Assembly (NCBI GenBank): GCA_043803765.1
Contig: JAZDJQ010000019.1
Location: 1 to 22,233 of the forward strand
DNA length: 22,233 nt
Reading direction: 5' to 3'
Source: Candidatus Iainarchaeum sp.
GTDB lineage: Archaea; Iainarchaeota; Iainarchaeia; Iainarchaeales; VGJJ01
In this document: positions 1 through 8,100 of the stretch, one piece after another
How the letters are laid out: each line of letters begins with the position of its first letter
Numbering within the stretch: position 1 is the stretch's first letter
Notes under the pieces: model-generated
Seen by the model: the letters and a program-made list of their open reading frames with translations, nothing else
Told to the model about the DNA's origin: nothing
The model's database searches: none
Position numbers and translations under genes: made by a program

Positions 1-69
1 AGCCTCGCTAAAGGCTCGCTCCGCGAGCGAATAGAAGGAATTATATTCGACAGGAATCAGAATACTCAT
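1..69 (-). CDS. N-terminus of an ORF running off the window (MSILIPVEYNSFYSLAERAFSEA...), putative IS transposase
   Basis: ATG at 69, SD AGGTGG at 82-77 (7 nt spacing), TATA box TTTATAAATA at 123-114 and 23 open codons to the edge. Not in the ORF track. The transposase identity is inferred from context only. Confidence 0.45.
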   Translation of the reverse strand, partial: MSILIPVEYNSFYSLAERAFSEA

Positions 70-79
70 ACGAAAACCA

Positions 80-112
80 CCTAAAGTAGGAGGCAAAACC
101 TCCTATTTTAGG
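80..112. repeat. 14-bp inverted repeat (13/14 match, 5-nt loop)
   Basis: CCTAAAGTAGGAGG-CAAAA-CCTCCTATTTTAGG. It covers the stop codon of ORF 103-516 and part of the SD of the ORF starting at 69. Confidence 0.9.
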
Positions 113-516
113 CTATTTATAAAGGATTTCAACAAGCCCCACGTTACGGTACACGGATTTGCCAAACTGGAGCTGTCAATGCTACTAATGGTTGCCTTGC
201 AACCGGGCACTGAGTCACAGGCATCCACCTGTTCCATTTGTTGTTTCTCACACTCTCTGACCGCTCCCTTTTGTTTTTCTTTGCATCCATTAAGCGCATC
301 AGCAGCTAATTTATCCTTTTCGCCGGCTCCCCCAGTACTTTCTGTATGAGTATCAGCATAGCAACCCGGAAATCGGGGGCAATTCGACGTACCTGTACCC
401 CCGCCTGCTGCAAGTCCCACGTTGTTCACCGTTAGGAGCGGTGATTGGAACATCGCATGGACAATCAAAACGGCCAATGCGATAAAAACAATGGTTAATG
501 TACTGTCCGCCGGCAT
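103..516 (-). CDS. Secreted or membrane-anchored Cys-rich protein, possibly C-terminally truncated by an IS
   Basis: N-terminal hydrophobic helix, Gly/Thr linker and 7 Cys (an odd number). TATA box TTTAAATA at 546-539. The last ~12 codons (WGLLKSFINSLK) are read from the putative IS end. Confidence 0.65.
   Translation of the reverse strand: MPADSTLTIVFIALAVLIVHAMFQSPLLTVNNVGLAAGGGTGTSNCPRFPGCYADTHTESTGGAGEKDKLAADALNGCKEKQKGAVRECEKQQMEQVDACDSVPGCKATISSIDSSSLANPCTVTWGLLKSFINSLK
114..123 (-). promoter_or_regulatory. Archaeal TATA box for the ORF starting at 69
   Basis: TTTATAAATA on the minus strand. Confidence 0.55.
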
Positions 517-538
517 TCGAAGTCCTTTCTTTTTCTCG

Positions 539-546
539 TATTTAAA
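539..546 (-). promoter_or_regulatory. TATA box for ORF 103-516 (likely leaderless)
   Basis: TTTAAATA about 23 nt upstream of the ATG, with a purine-rich BRE-like run upstream. Confidence 0.6.
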
Positions 547-615
547 CCTTTCTTCTCGTGTTCTTGCGAGTAATCGTTGTAACGCACTTAAACTGCACCT
601 GTTTCTGTTTCATCT

Positions 616-1335
616 ATGCTTGAGAAGCGTCGTGCTCGTGTGATGAAGGTAGCTACTATTCTTTTTGTCGTGTTGGGCGTAAGTTTGGTGTATTTTCTTT
701 TTTTCAATACGGGGTTGCAGGTTGCTCCTGACCCGGATGATTCTTTTGGTCATGTGATTATTTGGAATGATTCGAAGCATCGTATTCAGAATGTTTCGGT
801 TGGATACGTGGTGGATGATACGATTATTGAGATTGAGAAAATTCTATTTTTGGATCCTGACCAAATAGTGAAAATTCAATTAGATGAAAAATATGTTAGC
901 CATGATGCTCATATCATTCATGTTTCGGCTCCTCTTCACTTGAGCCGGCAGATTTCTATCTTTACAAAGAAAGCAGTGGAGGATAATGCGAATGTTCAAT
1001 TTACGTTTGTTATTCCTACTGCTGCCTATGCACTTGATTCTACGGTGATTGAGCTGCGCGTCTGCAACGGTGAGAATTTTCCTCTTGATCTTATGGGGTC
1101 ATTCGATGGGTTGAGTTCAACGGATGCTAATATTCCAACTGTTCTTTCCTGGTCGTTTCCTCCAAATGGGTGTGATTCGGTATTATTGCCTATTACTCCT
1201 CTACACGGGCCGGGAACCCTCTCATTTAAAATACGGGTTTTTTCTTCCACTCGTACGTTCGCCGAGCGGGATGTTCTGATGGACATTCTTTCTCCTCTTG
1301 CTATTCAATCGATTGGTGATTCCAATGCCGCCTAA
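616..1335 (+). CDS. Membrane-anchored hypothetical protein with a beta-rich (Ig-like?) extracellular region
   Basis: Basic N-terminus, one TM helix, then alternating beta-strand patterns and one Cys pair. It overlaps the next gene. Confidence 0.75.
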   Translation: MLEKRRARVMKVATILFVVLGVSLVYFLFFNTGLQVAPDPDDSFGHVIIWNDSKHRIQNVSVGYVVDDTIIEIEKILFLDPDQIVKIQLDEKYVSHDAHIIHVSAPLHLSRQISIFTKKAVEDNANVQFTFVIPTAAYALDSTVIELRVCNGENFPLDLMGSFDGLSSTDANIPTVLSWSFPPNGCDSVLLPITPLHGPGTLSFKIRVFSSTRTFAERDVLMDILSPLAIQSIGDSNAA

Positions 1336-2002
1336 CACCGCACAATCAATGCCTAAGGATGAGCCTTCCATTATTGAGATTATTCAAAACATGGTGAAGG
1401 AAGGGGAGAGTGAGGATAAGATTCTTCAAACGCTTAGTCAGTTGGGAGTGGAACCTAAGAAAGCACAGCGTTTGTTGTTGTTGGGGCAGGCGGATACGTT
1501 TGCCTTGTTGCGGAATGAAATTTCTAAAATTGTCAAGCAGGATTTGGAGGGGGAAAAAAAAGAGTTGAATCAGTTTATTCAGAAAGAGGCTCACGCGGCG
1601 GTGGATTCGGCCAAGCAGAATCTTTCGGGTGAGATTAAACAGGATTTGCAATCGTATGAGAATGAGGTTTCTCAAAAACGAAAGAATTTTGAGAGTGAAA
1701 CGGCTGAAACAGTAACCAAGTTCACTGATTTGGCTGAGCGCATTCGTATTCGTGTGAATGAGATGGGGAAGGATGTGCAGCAGATTCGAGTGGATCAGGA
1801 TGAGATGAAGTTGCGTGGTGTCGGAACGCAGAATAGGTGGATATCATTCTTCTTGTTAGGAGTAGGCGTGTTGTTTGTTTTGGCGGCGTTGGGAATGTTT
1901 ATTTATAATTTTGATGCGGTGCTAAGCATCGAGTCTATTATTGTGTTTATTGTTATGGCGCTTATTGGTGTTTCGGCGATGTTCATTTCGACATTGGTTT
2001 GA
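1325..2002 (+). CDS. Coiled-coil protein with two C-terminal TM helices, function unknown
   Basis: Start re-assigned to ATG 1325 (SD GGTGAT at 1315-1320). Long E/K/Q-rich heptad region and two terminal hydrophobic segments. Confidence 0.8.
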   Translation: MPPNTAQSMPKDEPSIIEIIQNMVKEGESEDKILQTLSQLGVEPKKAQRLLLLGQADTFALLRNEISKIVKQDLEGEKKELNQFIQKEAHAAVDSAKQNLSGEIKQDLQSYENEVSQKRKNFESETAETVTKFTDLAERIRIRVNEMGKDVQQIRVDQDEMKLRGVGTQNRWISFFLLGVGVLFVLAALGMFIYNFDAVLSIESIIVFIVMALIGVSAMFISTLV

Positions 2003-2024
2003 GTTTGAGTTAAAAAGAAATAAT

Positions 2025-2186
2025 TTATTGTTTTTTGCTTCGATTTACTATTCCTTCATTCACTTCCAACTCGTTGAATTTTCGAAGGTTTTCGATTGCC
2101 CATTCTAAATACACTCGTGCCCGGTAGGAGGGTTGTTTTGCTCGTAGTTGTTCCAATTCGTTCATGATGATGTCGAGGGATTCCAT
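2025..2186 (-). CDS. Small helical hypothetical protein, 53 aa (MESLDIIMNELEQLRAKQPSYRARVYLEWAIENLRKFNELEVNEGIVNRSKKQ)
   Basis: Read by hand. ATG at 2186, TAA at 2027-2025, AAGGA SD-like motif upstream. It fills the gap directly downstream of hjc and has an amphipathic helix pattern. Confidence 0.65.
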   Translation of the reverse strand: MESLDIIMNELEQLRAKQPSYRARVYLEWAIENLRKFNELEVNEGIVNRSKKQ

Positions 2187-2208
2187 ACTATCCTTTTTCT
2201 TCGTGAGG

Positions 2209-2640
2209 TTATTTTAATAGTAGTGTTTTTCCTTCTAATTGGAGTGGTTCTGCGCTGAAATATTCAATTCTTTTTCCGCGGGTGTGGGCATTTTGGGTGG
2301 AGATGCCATAGCTTTTTTCGTTCTCTTTAAAGTGTTCTTTTTTCAAAAATCGCCATCCTTTTCTTGGTATTTTCCATGCAATCACGAGTTCGGCCCCTGC
2401 GAGTGCGCACCATTTTTCTAAATCCTTCATTTGTTGGGTTGAGATGCTCAAATTGCCTGCTTTCCATGCTTTGCATTCAAATGCGTATATTTTTCCTTTG
2501 CGTAATGCAATCGCGTCGGGCGTTGGAATCGTGTCTTTTCCTTTTCCGCTTCCGGCTGCTCGGCATACGGCCATTCCTGCTTCGTATAGTGTTTGAAGCA
2601 GTTCCCTTTCAGCATTAGCCCCTTTGTTATAGCGTGTCAT
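2209..2640 (-). CDS. hjc: Archaeal Holliday junction resolvase Hjc
   Basis: YNKGANAERELL, RAAGSG, PDAIA and FECK (PD-(D/E)xK) motifs; 143 aa. Confidence 0.93.
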   Translation of the reverse strand: MTRYNKGANAERELLQTLYEAGMAVCRAAGSGKGKDTIPTPDAIALRKGKIYAFECKAWKAGNLSISTQQMKDLEKWCALAGAELVIAWKIPRKGWRFLKKEHFKENEKSYGISTQNAHTRGKRIEYFSAEPLQLEGKTLLLK

Positions 2641-2666
2641 CGGTGTGAAAATTCATGCGATTCGCC

Positions 2667-2674
2667 TATTTATA
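2667..2674 (-). promoter_or_regulatory. TATA box for hjc
   Basis: TATAAATA about 27 nt upstream of the ATG. Confidence 0.6.
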
Positions 2675-2808
2675 CATGTTATTTTACGTTGTTTGTCGTG
2701 TTGCAAGTATTTTCATTTATAAAGATAGTCCCTCCCAATAGCTATGTAAGTCCGTTATGGACGGATTTGTTTCATTCACGATTATACCATCATTGGAAGT
2801 GTTAGGGT

Positions 2809-3099
2809 TTGGATTACACCCGTTTAGGGATTGTAGTGCACTCCCGTAAAACCCTTTTTGGGTTTTCCCGCGAGGATGCTGGATTGGGCGTGTGGCATGT
2901 CCACATTCGCTCTGCCCCGCTCCGCAATGAAGCCAATCGAGAAATCGAAAGGGAATGTTCCCTAGTATTTGGAACTCCCGTTCGTATCATTCGGGGTGCA
3001 CGTTCGGTGCGCAAGACGATTCTTATTGGATTGTCTCCCGAAAAAGTGAAACAAATTCTTTCCAAAAAATCATCGGACTTTTTACAAAAAAAGAGTTGA
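2809..3099 (+). CDS. DUF167 (YggU/UPF0235) family protein
   Basis: VHIRSAPLRNEANREI and VRIIRGARSVRKTILI match the family pattern (APP..G.AN ... V.I..G..SR.K.V.I). TTG start; ends 7 nt before dnaG. Confidence 0.75.
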   Translation: MDYTRLGIVVHSRKTLFGFSREDAGLGVWHVHIRSAPLRNEANREIERECSLVFGTPVRIIRGARSVRKTILIGLSPEKVKQILSKKSSDFLQKKS

Positions 3100-3106
3100 T
3101 TATACA

Positions 3107-4576
3107 ATGGCAAAAACATATGTTGATGCAGTTAAATACATGATTCGAATTCAGTTTCAAATAAAAGGAATCGTGGACAAACCCGATATTGTGGGCGCGG
3201 TCTTCGGTCAATCCGAAGGATTATTAGGAGAGGAAATGGACCTCCGCGAACTCCAGAAAATGGGCCGAGTTGGGCGTATTGAAGTGAATGCTCATCCGGA
3301 TGGCGGGAGTACGAAAGGCGACCTTCTTGTTCCTACTTCGATGGACATGGCCGAGACATCCGTTTTGGCTGCTGCTATTGAAACAGTAGACAAAGTAGGC
3401 CCCTGTGAGTCTAAGTTTGTGGTAAAATCCATTGAGGATGTGCGGAAAGACAAGCGTGCGGAGATTGCAAAGCGTGCTAAAGAACTTTTATCTCGTCTCA
3501 AGGATGATAATACTCCTGAAATAGATACGCTTACCGAGGAAATTCGTTCTGAAGTGCGTGTGGGAAACATGGTGGACTATGGTCATGATAAATTATCAGC
3601 TGGTCCTGCAATTGATTCTTCAGATGAAGTTATTGTGGTAGAGGGGCGTGCGGATGTTGGAAATCTCTTGCGCCATGGAATAAAAAATGTGATTGGGATG
3701 GGCGGTTCGCGCATCTCGCAGGACATTGTTAATCTTTCCAAACGGAAAACGATTGTGTTGTTTGTTGATGGTGACCGCGGTGGAGAGTTGAATGCGCGCA
3801 AATTGCATCAAATTGCGAATGTTGCGTTTGTTGCGGTTGCTCCTGATGGAAAAGAAGTAGAGGAACTGCAACAGAAAGAAATTATTCAATCCCTTCGCCG
3901 CAGGGTGCCAGTGAACGAGTTTCTTGATTCGATTGGTGTTTCCTCTAGGGAATCAAATCATGGGCATAGTAATCATGATGTGATTTCTCGTCCGCGTTTT
4001 GATAATGGAAGAGTGCCCTATCATCCTTCCTTGAATGCTCGGAGAGGATTTGATTCTCCTGCACGGGGGGATTTTCCTTCAGGAGAGCGTTTTCCTTCTC
4101 CTTTGCGCGGTAGACCTTCTTCTCATTTTCATGGGCGCAATCCCATGCCAATACGTAAGCGTTTTGGTACGGTGCGTCCTCTTCCGGGGGATTCAGTGAT
4201 TGAATCGCCTGACCGAATTCCCTCTTTTACTATGCAGGAGCGCTTGCCTTCATTTGTAGCTCCTTCTTTGAAAGAGAATGCCGTGCAATCGGAGCAAGTG
4301 GAAGGGGCAACTGCTTTGCGTGAGTGGTTGGAAAAAGTGAAAGGGAAGCGTATGGCTGCTTTCTTGGATAAGAATCAAAAGGAACTTGCCTCCGTTCCCG
4401 TTAGGGAAATGGTGGATAAGTTGAAAGAAACCAAGCACGTTAACACCATCGTGTGTGATGGTATTATCACGAAGCGGCTTGTTGATGCGGCTGCCAAGTG
4501 CGATGTGCAGACGGTTGTCGGCGTTAAGCGTGGAAAAATAGGGGATACGACTGTCAAAACAGTCGTTTTCCCATAA
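3107..4576 (+). CDS. dnaG: Archaeal DnaG (TOPRIM protein, exosome-associated / primase-like)
   Basis: VDKPDIVGAVFGQSEGLLG, LRELQKMGRVGRIEV, TOPRIM IVVEGRADV and FVDGDRGG, and C-terminal DGIITKRLVD. Confidence 0.95.
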   Translation: MAKTYVDAVKYMIRIQFQIKGIVDKPDIVGAVFGQSEGLLGEEMDLRELQKMGRVGRIEVNAHPDGGSTKGDLLVPTSMDMAETSVLAAAIETVDKVGPCESKFVVKSIEDVRKDKRAEIAKRAKELLSRLKDDNTPEIDTLTEEIRSEVRVGNMVDYGHDKLSAGPAIDSSDEVIVVEGRADVGNLLRHGIKNVIGMGGSRISQDIVNLSKRKTIVLFVDGDRGGELNARKLHQIANVAFVAVAPDGKEVEELQQKEIIQSLRRRVPVNEFLDSIGVSSRESNHGHSNHDVISRPRFDNGRVPYHPSLNARRGFDSPARGDFPSGERFPSPLRGRPSSHFHGRNPMPIRKRFGTVRPLPGDSVIESPDRIPSFTMQERLPSFVAPSLKENAVQSEQVEGATALREWLEKVKGKRMAAFLDKNQKELASVPVREMVDKLKETKHVNTIVCDGIITKRLVDAAAKCDVQTVVGVKRGKIGDTTVKTVVFP

Positions 4577-4634
4577 ATGGAATACTATTAGTGCATACTG
4601 GGAGTGTTTTTTTAGCACTTCCACTTATTTTTTT

Positions 4635-5057
4635 TTACTTCTTTTTTTTCCATTTTGGCATGCGTCGATTCATCGAATTTTCTTCGATTGGAAACATTAT
4701 TTTCCATGAGCGGTAGAGTATCATTCCGATGATTAATCCGCCGACCCAGAAGAATACATTGGCTATTTCGGGTAATAATCCTGTGATGATTTGCAAGTCC
4801 GTTAATCGGTATTGGTTGGCGCGTAGTAATATTCCAAATGCATAGTCTGCCATTGTTTGACATTCCTGAATGAGTACTGATTCGGTGTTGGCGGCGTCAA
4901 TGCATGCGTGGATGGCTTTTACGTTTTCCCATGAATCAAACATTCCTGCAAGGCTTTGCACGAGCATGAGTCCTGCCCCTAATATGATGAATGCTCCGAA
5001 TAGTTTGAGGAGATGCACATCTCGTGTACCAAGTCTAAAAAGCATGATTTGTCGCAT
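4635..5057 (-). CDS. Hypothetical membrane protein (two TM helices, loop Cys pair, basic tail)
   Basis: Two hydrophobic segments; GAAGGAA SD-like motif and TATA box TTTAAATA (5096-5089) upstream. Divergent from the pilus operon. Confidence 0.75.
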   Translation of the reverse strand: MRQIMLFRLGTRDVHLLKLFGAFIILGAGLMLVQSLAGMFDSWENVKAIHACIDAANTESVLIQECQTMADYAFGILLRANQYRLTDLQIITGLLPEIANVFFWVGGLIIGMILYRSWKIMFPIEENSMNRRMPKWKKKK

Positions 5058-5088
5058 ACGTTTCCTTCTTTTCAGAACCCGTTTGCGC

Positions 5089-5156
5089 TATTTAAAGCCG
5101 CCGTCTTTTTTGAGCGTTTTTTTCTTCCCCCTTTTTCCTATCGGTTCATTTATATA
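5089..5156. promoter_or_regulatory. Divergent TATA boxes
   Basis: TTTAAATA on the minus strand (5096-5089) and TTTATATA on the plus strand (5149-5156), each about 30 nt from its start codon. Confidence 0.6.
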
Positions 5157-5187
5157 GGAAATTCGGCTCATCGCTTCGAGGATTACC

Positions 5188-8100
5188 TTGACTGAAGACA
5201 AATTGCTCAAGAAGAGGATGCCGTCCTCACCCGATTTCCCCACTCCTATTTCACCAGTTTCAGCTACTGCTCTTGAAATTCCTCCTGCCGCACCGGGCGA
5301 GGATGTGGATTCCCTTCTTCGTAAGTTAGAAAATTTGCGTGCCATGACTGGGAATATTCCTTCTCCTTCTTCTTATTCGACTGTTTCTTCTACTGCTATT
5401 CCTCCTATTCAGTCGTTGGGGCAGTTGCGTGATCCTGCATTCAGGAATCCCGAAGCATCTCCTGCGTCAATTCCTTCTATTCCTTCTCCTTCGCCTAGTC
5501 TTACCATGACCGGCCTTGTTCAACAGCTTCGTACTATTTCGGAAGAAAAAAACGATTCTACGTTTGAGTCGCGTATCGCGGACCGCCCTAAAACCATTTT
5601 GGAGGAATACGGTCAGGCTAAAATTTATCGTGTGCAGGGAGAACCGCTTCCTTACTATTGGGTTCCGGTTGCTCGTCCCACTTTATCGGAGCGTTCGATC
5701 ATTAATACTCTCAAGGAGGCTACGACTCGTCTCATTAGCATTACTCCTTATCGTATTCGTGACCCTGAACAAAAACGTAATGTGTATGCACAGCAAGTCA
5801 TTGATATTCTTCGTTCTTCTCCTGAGTTGAAGGTTCCTACTTCTAAATTTGATTTTTATGCAACTGCAGTAGTGTCTGAGATGGTAGGCTATGGACTTAT
5901 TGACCCTCTTGTGAAAGATGATCGTTTAGAAGAAATCATGGTGATTGGTCCAAACGTTCCGGTGTTTGTTTTTCATCGAACGTATGACATGATGGTGAGC
6001 AATGTTGAGTTTTCTTCCGATGTTGAGATACAGGATTTGGTTAATCGTATTGCGCGTGAAGTGGGGCGTCGTGTTGATATTTCGTCTCCTTTATTGGATG
6101 CGCGGTTAAGCGATGGTTCGCGTGTTAATGCAACGATTCCGCCTGCATCCGTTTCGGGTTCTACTCTTACGATTCGTAAGTTTCGTGCAGACCCTTATTC
6201 TATTATTGATTTGATTAACTACAAAACTATTTCGACAAGGGTTGCAGCATTTCTCTGGTTGTGTGTGGATGGTTTGATGACTCAACCGGCTAATATTCTT
6301 ATTTCAGGAGGAACCAGTTCTGGAAAAACAACATTGTTGAATGTGTTGTGCTCATTTATTCCTGCCAATGAACGTATTATTTCCATCGAGGATACATCCG
6401 AACTTAATCTTCCATTACAACACTGGATTCGTCTTGAAGGGCGTCCTCCCGGGTTGGAGGGAAAGGGGGAAATCACTCTTGATATTCTTACCAAAAATAG
6501 TCTCCGTATGCGTCCGGATCGAATCATTGTGGGAGAAGTCCGTCATGATGAGGCGTTCTCTCTTTTTACTGCGATGAATACGGGACATGATGGCTGTTTG
6601 ACGTATGATACTCGAATCCCTTTTGCAGACGGGGTGCGTGAAATTGGTTCGTTTGTGGATGAGCAATTGGAGAAAAACAATTCTAGGAAAGATGGAGAAT
6701 GGGATGTGTGTTCGGTTAGTGATTCCGTTGTCACTTCATTAGATGCAAATGGAAAGGCCGTACGTTCATCTGTTGTAGAGGCTCGTCGCCGTCCATTCGA
6801 AGGAATAGTATACCGTATTCAAACTGCTTCGGGGAATGCGATCACCTGTACGGGTAATCATCCTTTTTATCAATTTAAAGATGGAAAAATGGTTTCCATT
6901 CCAGCCAATCGACTGGAAGAAGGAATGTCGGTTGCAGTTCCTATGAGAATCATTCGGGACGAAAATGTTAACGCACCCGAAATAGAGTATTGGAGCGGTC
7001 TTCTTCATGGTGATGGGCATATTGCTGACCGCGAACGTGTTCGTGTAAAGAACGGAAAATCATATCGGACAAACGATGGAGAGGTTAGCTTGTATTCAGA
7101 GGAAGGGGAAATCATTCCTTCGTTTCGTTCCTTTATAGATGGGGTGTTGAATAACCCTCATCAGCGAACGGTTTTGCCACGGCCTGAAAAAGGCTGTTTT
7201 GAAGTGCATGTTAGTGGGCATGCGCGTGCCCAAAAGATGCAGGAATTGCTTCATATGTCCTCCGGAAGCCGGCTTCAATCCATGATGGACAACCATCATT
7301 TTGTATCGAGTCTTAGGGAGTTCGTAGCCGGATTTTTTGATGCAGAAGGGCACGTGGATTTGAACAACAACGCGCTTGTATTTACCTGTGCTAACGAGTA
7401 TTACATTGATTTTTTTCGCTATGCATTGTGGACGGAAGGGATATTGTCTAGGAAGTATGAGACAAAATCGAATGGGGATAACTGGTATCGGTTATATGTT
7501 TATGGTCTGGAAAATGTGAGGAAATTCGCCTCTATTTATCCGATTCGTTATCCTGCCAAAATACAGAAATTGAATCAATTAGTTTCATCAACGGCAACCC
7601 CTAATACGAACGTAGATGTAATACCATGTAATCATATCATTTCAATTCTTCTAGGTGCTGCAAAGGAAAAGGGCTATAGTCGGCGTGCCATTGCACGACG
7701 TGCGGGTATTTCGCAGGGGCTTCTTCAATTTATTGTTCACAATAAGCGAATGCCAAGCCGGAAAACAGTGTGTGCATTGTCGGGTGCATTGGAATCTATT
7801 GGAGTGGACGCTTCGCTTCTCAGTAAATTGTCATCATCGGATACGGGGTGGGATCCAATAGTATCCATTCATTCATATCCTTATCTTGGGTTTGTGTATG
7901 ATTTTACTTTAAACGAAAAAATCGAATCAGGTTTAGTTCCTCATAATTTTGTAGCGGAAGGATTTTTGGTGGGTAATTCGATGGGAACAATTCATGCTAA
8001 TTCTGCTGCTGAAACCCTTGTTCGTGTTACGAGTCCTCCGATGAGTGTTCCGGAAGTCATGTTATCGGGGCTGAATTTTGTGATTGTGGAAAATCTTTTT

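Larger units (their letters stand above)
1..140 (-). mobile_element. Probable left end of an IS5-family insertion sequence, continuing off the window edge
   Basis: The minus strand reads GGGGCTTGTTGAAATCC (140 to 124), resembling IS5-family termini (IS903 IR recalled as GGCTTTGTTGAATAAATC). It is followed by a TATA box, a 14-bp hairpin, an SD and an ATG. The upstream Cys-rich ORF changes character abruptly at this point. The other end and any target duplication are not visible. Confidence 0.45.

Noticed and set aside
1-30. Short GC-rich palindromes (AGCCT/AGGCT, GCTCGC/GCGAGC) resembling REP elements
   Set aside because: Only 5-6 bp stems, single copy in the window, and inside the ORF that starts at 69.
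4601-4636. Imperfect hairpin and T-tracts between dnaG and the convergent gene
   Set aside because: Probably an ordinary terminator region, but too weak against the T-rich background to call.
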